From IMG/VR virus record IMGVR_UViG_3300022745_000033: DNA of 64,000 bases; one strand, given 5' to 3'. The position numbers and the translations under genes are program-made. The notes below the pieces were generated by a model that was not told the DNA's origin, did not search any database, and worked only from the letters and a program-made list of their open reading frames with translations. Source of the DNA: an uncultured virus (IMG/VR IMGVR_UViG_3300022745_000033). Taxonomy: Duplodnaviria; Heunggongvirae; Uroviricota; Caudoviricetes. Shown here one piece after another: positions 63,022-64,000 of the stretch (the stretch's first letter is position 1; each line of letters begins with the position of its first letter).

Positions 63022-63528
63022 ATGAGCAAACTCCTCGCCGCACGTACTGTGCAACGCAACCTGGTTGCCGAGTTCGCCTTCAACTACAACGACTGGGCCA
63101 TCGACTCTGTCTCGCAAGTGAAGACCACTTTCGGCTCCACAGCTGCCGTGGCCGACCCTTCGTCCGCTGTATCTGGTCTGACCGCTGGCACCGGCATCAC
63201 CTTTGACTGCATCCCGATGCCTATCGGCGCTGTGATCACCGGTGGGGCTCTCATTGTTGAGACCGCATTCGTCGGCATCGGCGCAGCGGCCGTACTGAAT
63301 CTGGGTATCGCAGGCAACACCAGCGCCCTGATCAGCGCTTTTGACCTGGATGCAGCTGCAGCTGGCTCGCGTACGGCTCTGACCCTGACTGCACCTCTGC
63401 TGTGCAACGCGGGTCAGAACATCCGTCTGACGACCTCCGGTCTGACCGCCACTGCCACCGCTGGCAAGGTTCGCGTTCGCGTGGACTACACCATTGACGG
63501 CAAGGCCGACGAGACCGTCATCGCTTAA
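63022..63528 (+). CDS. virion structural protein (capsid decoration/cement candidate)
   Basis: 168 aa beta-rich, AAGGAGG RBS, immediately after MCP. Confidence 0.65.
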   Translation: MSKLLAARTVQRNLVAEFAFNYNDWAIDSVSQVKTTFGSTAAVADPSSAVSGLTAGTGITFDCIPMPIGAVITGGALIVETAFVGIGAAAVLNLGIAGNTSALISAFDLDAAAAGSRTALTLTAPLLCNAGQNIRLTTSGLTATATAGKVRVRVDYTIDGKADETVIA

Positions 63529-63538
63529 ATGACGAAGT

Positions 63539-63564
63539 GAGCGGGGCTTCGGCCCCGTTCTTTT
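63539..63564 (+). terminator. intrinsic terminator after capsid genes
   Basis: GAGCGGGGC-TTCG-GCCCCGTTC-TTTT. Confidence 0.85.
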
Positions 63565-63586
63565 ATCAACCCACGGAGAACCAAAA

Positions 63587-63961
63587 ATGAAATTTGTAAT
63601 GCACCGCAATCGCACTATCGTGTCCACCAGCGGGCACGCCATCGAATTCGTGAAGGGTGAGCTGACCCACGTGCCTCCCTCCATGTACGAGGAGGTTATG
63701 GCCGCAGGCGCTGTACCTGAAGAAGAGCTGGACTTGGACCCCAAGACCAACCCCGAGATCGTTGAGCCGACAGACCCCTCCGTGCGTCAACAAGCCATCA
63801 TGGAAGCCATGGAGACGGTCACCCTGCGCGGCAAACGCGAGGACTTCACCGCCGCTGGTGCTCCTCACGCCAAGGTCCTGTCCACCATCGTCGGCTGGAC
63901 GGTTCATAACAAAGAGCGCGACACCGCTTGGGTCGCATTCAAGACCAAGGAAGTTGACTAA
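63587..63961 (+). CDS. hypothetical head-completion-region protein
   Basis: 124 aa, GGAG RBS. Confidence 0.65.
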   Translation: MKFVMHRNRTIVSTSGHAIEFVKGELTHVPPSMYEEVMAAGAVPEEELDLDPKTNPEIVEPTDPSVRQQAIMEAMETVTLRGKREDFTAAGAPHAKVLSTIVGWTVHNKERDTAWVAFKTKEVD

Positions 63962-63963
63962 TC

Positions 63964-64000
63964 ATGAACACGACAGAACTGCTCAGCGTCTTCCGTGAGG
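63964..64000 (+). CDS. 5' end of next structural gene (partial)
   Basis: MNTTELLSVFRE after AAGGAAG; runs off the window. Confidence 0.5.
   Translation, partial: MNTTELLSVFRE

Overview
The window is almost the whole genome of a temperate, GC-rich, probably podovirus-like tailed phage, most likely infecting a betaproteobacterium. The attP is intact, so this is the excised or virion form, not a prophage. Plus strand 54.7-64 kb and 1-24.6 kb is the late region: TerS, TerL, portal, scaffold, major capsid, tail/fibre genes, ejection-type proteins including a 2940-aa polyvalent protein, and a holin/endolysin/spanin cassette. Minus strand 24.8-54.5 kb is the early/middle region: small early genes, primase-helicase, AAA/vWA module, PD-(D/E)xK nucleases, SNF2 helicase, family A DNA polymerase, HNH, exonuclease, ligase, ThyX, dUTPase, xis and a tyrosine integrase next to a tRNA-Val(GAC) attP. 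No cI/cro switch is visible. The most unusual signals are: (1) two tandem 76/81-nt non-tRNA stem-ACCA RNAs at 34.46-34.63 kb plus a related one at 39.9 kb, one carrying sequence complementary to (2) six conserved hairpin repeats that precede the early genes, suggesting RNA-based control; (3) a scaffold-like 'ARLRG' tail shared by five unrelated small proteins; (4) a duplicated ~100-bp AT-rich element; (5) a genome-wide TCTAA-N-TTAGA motif. Family names come from motif recognition, not database searches.
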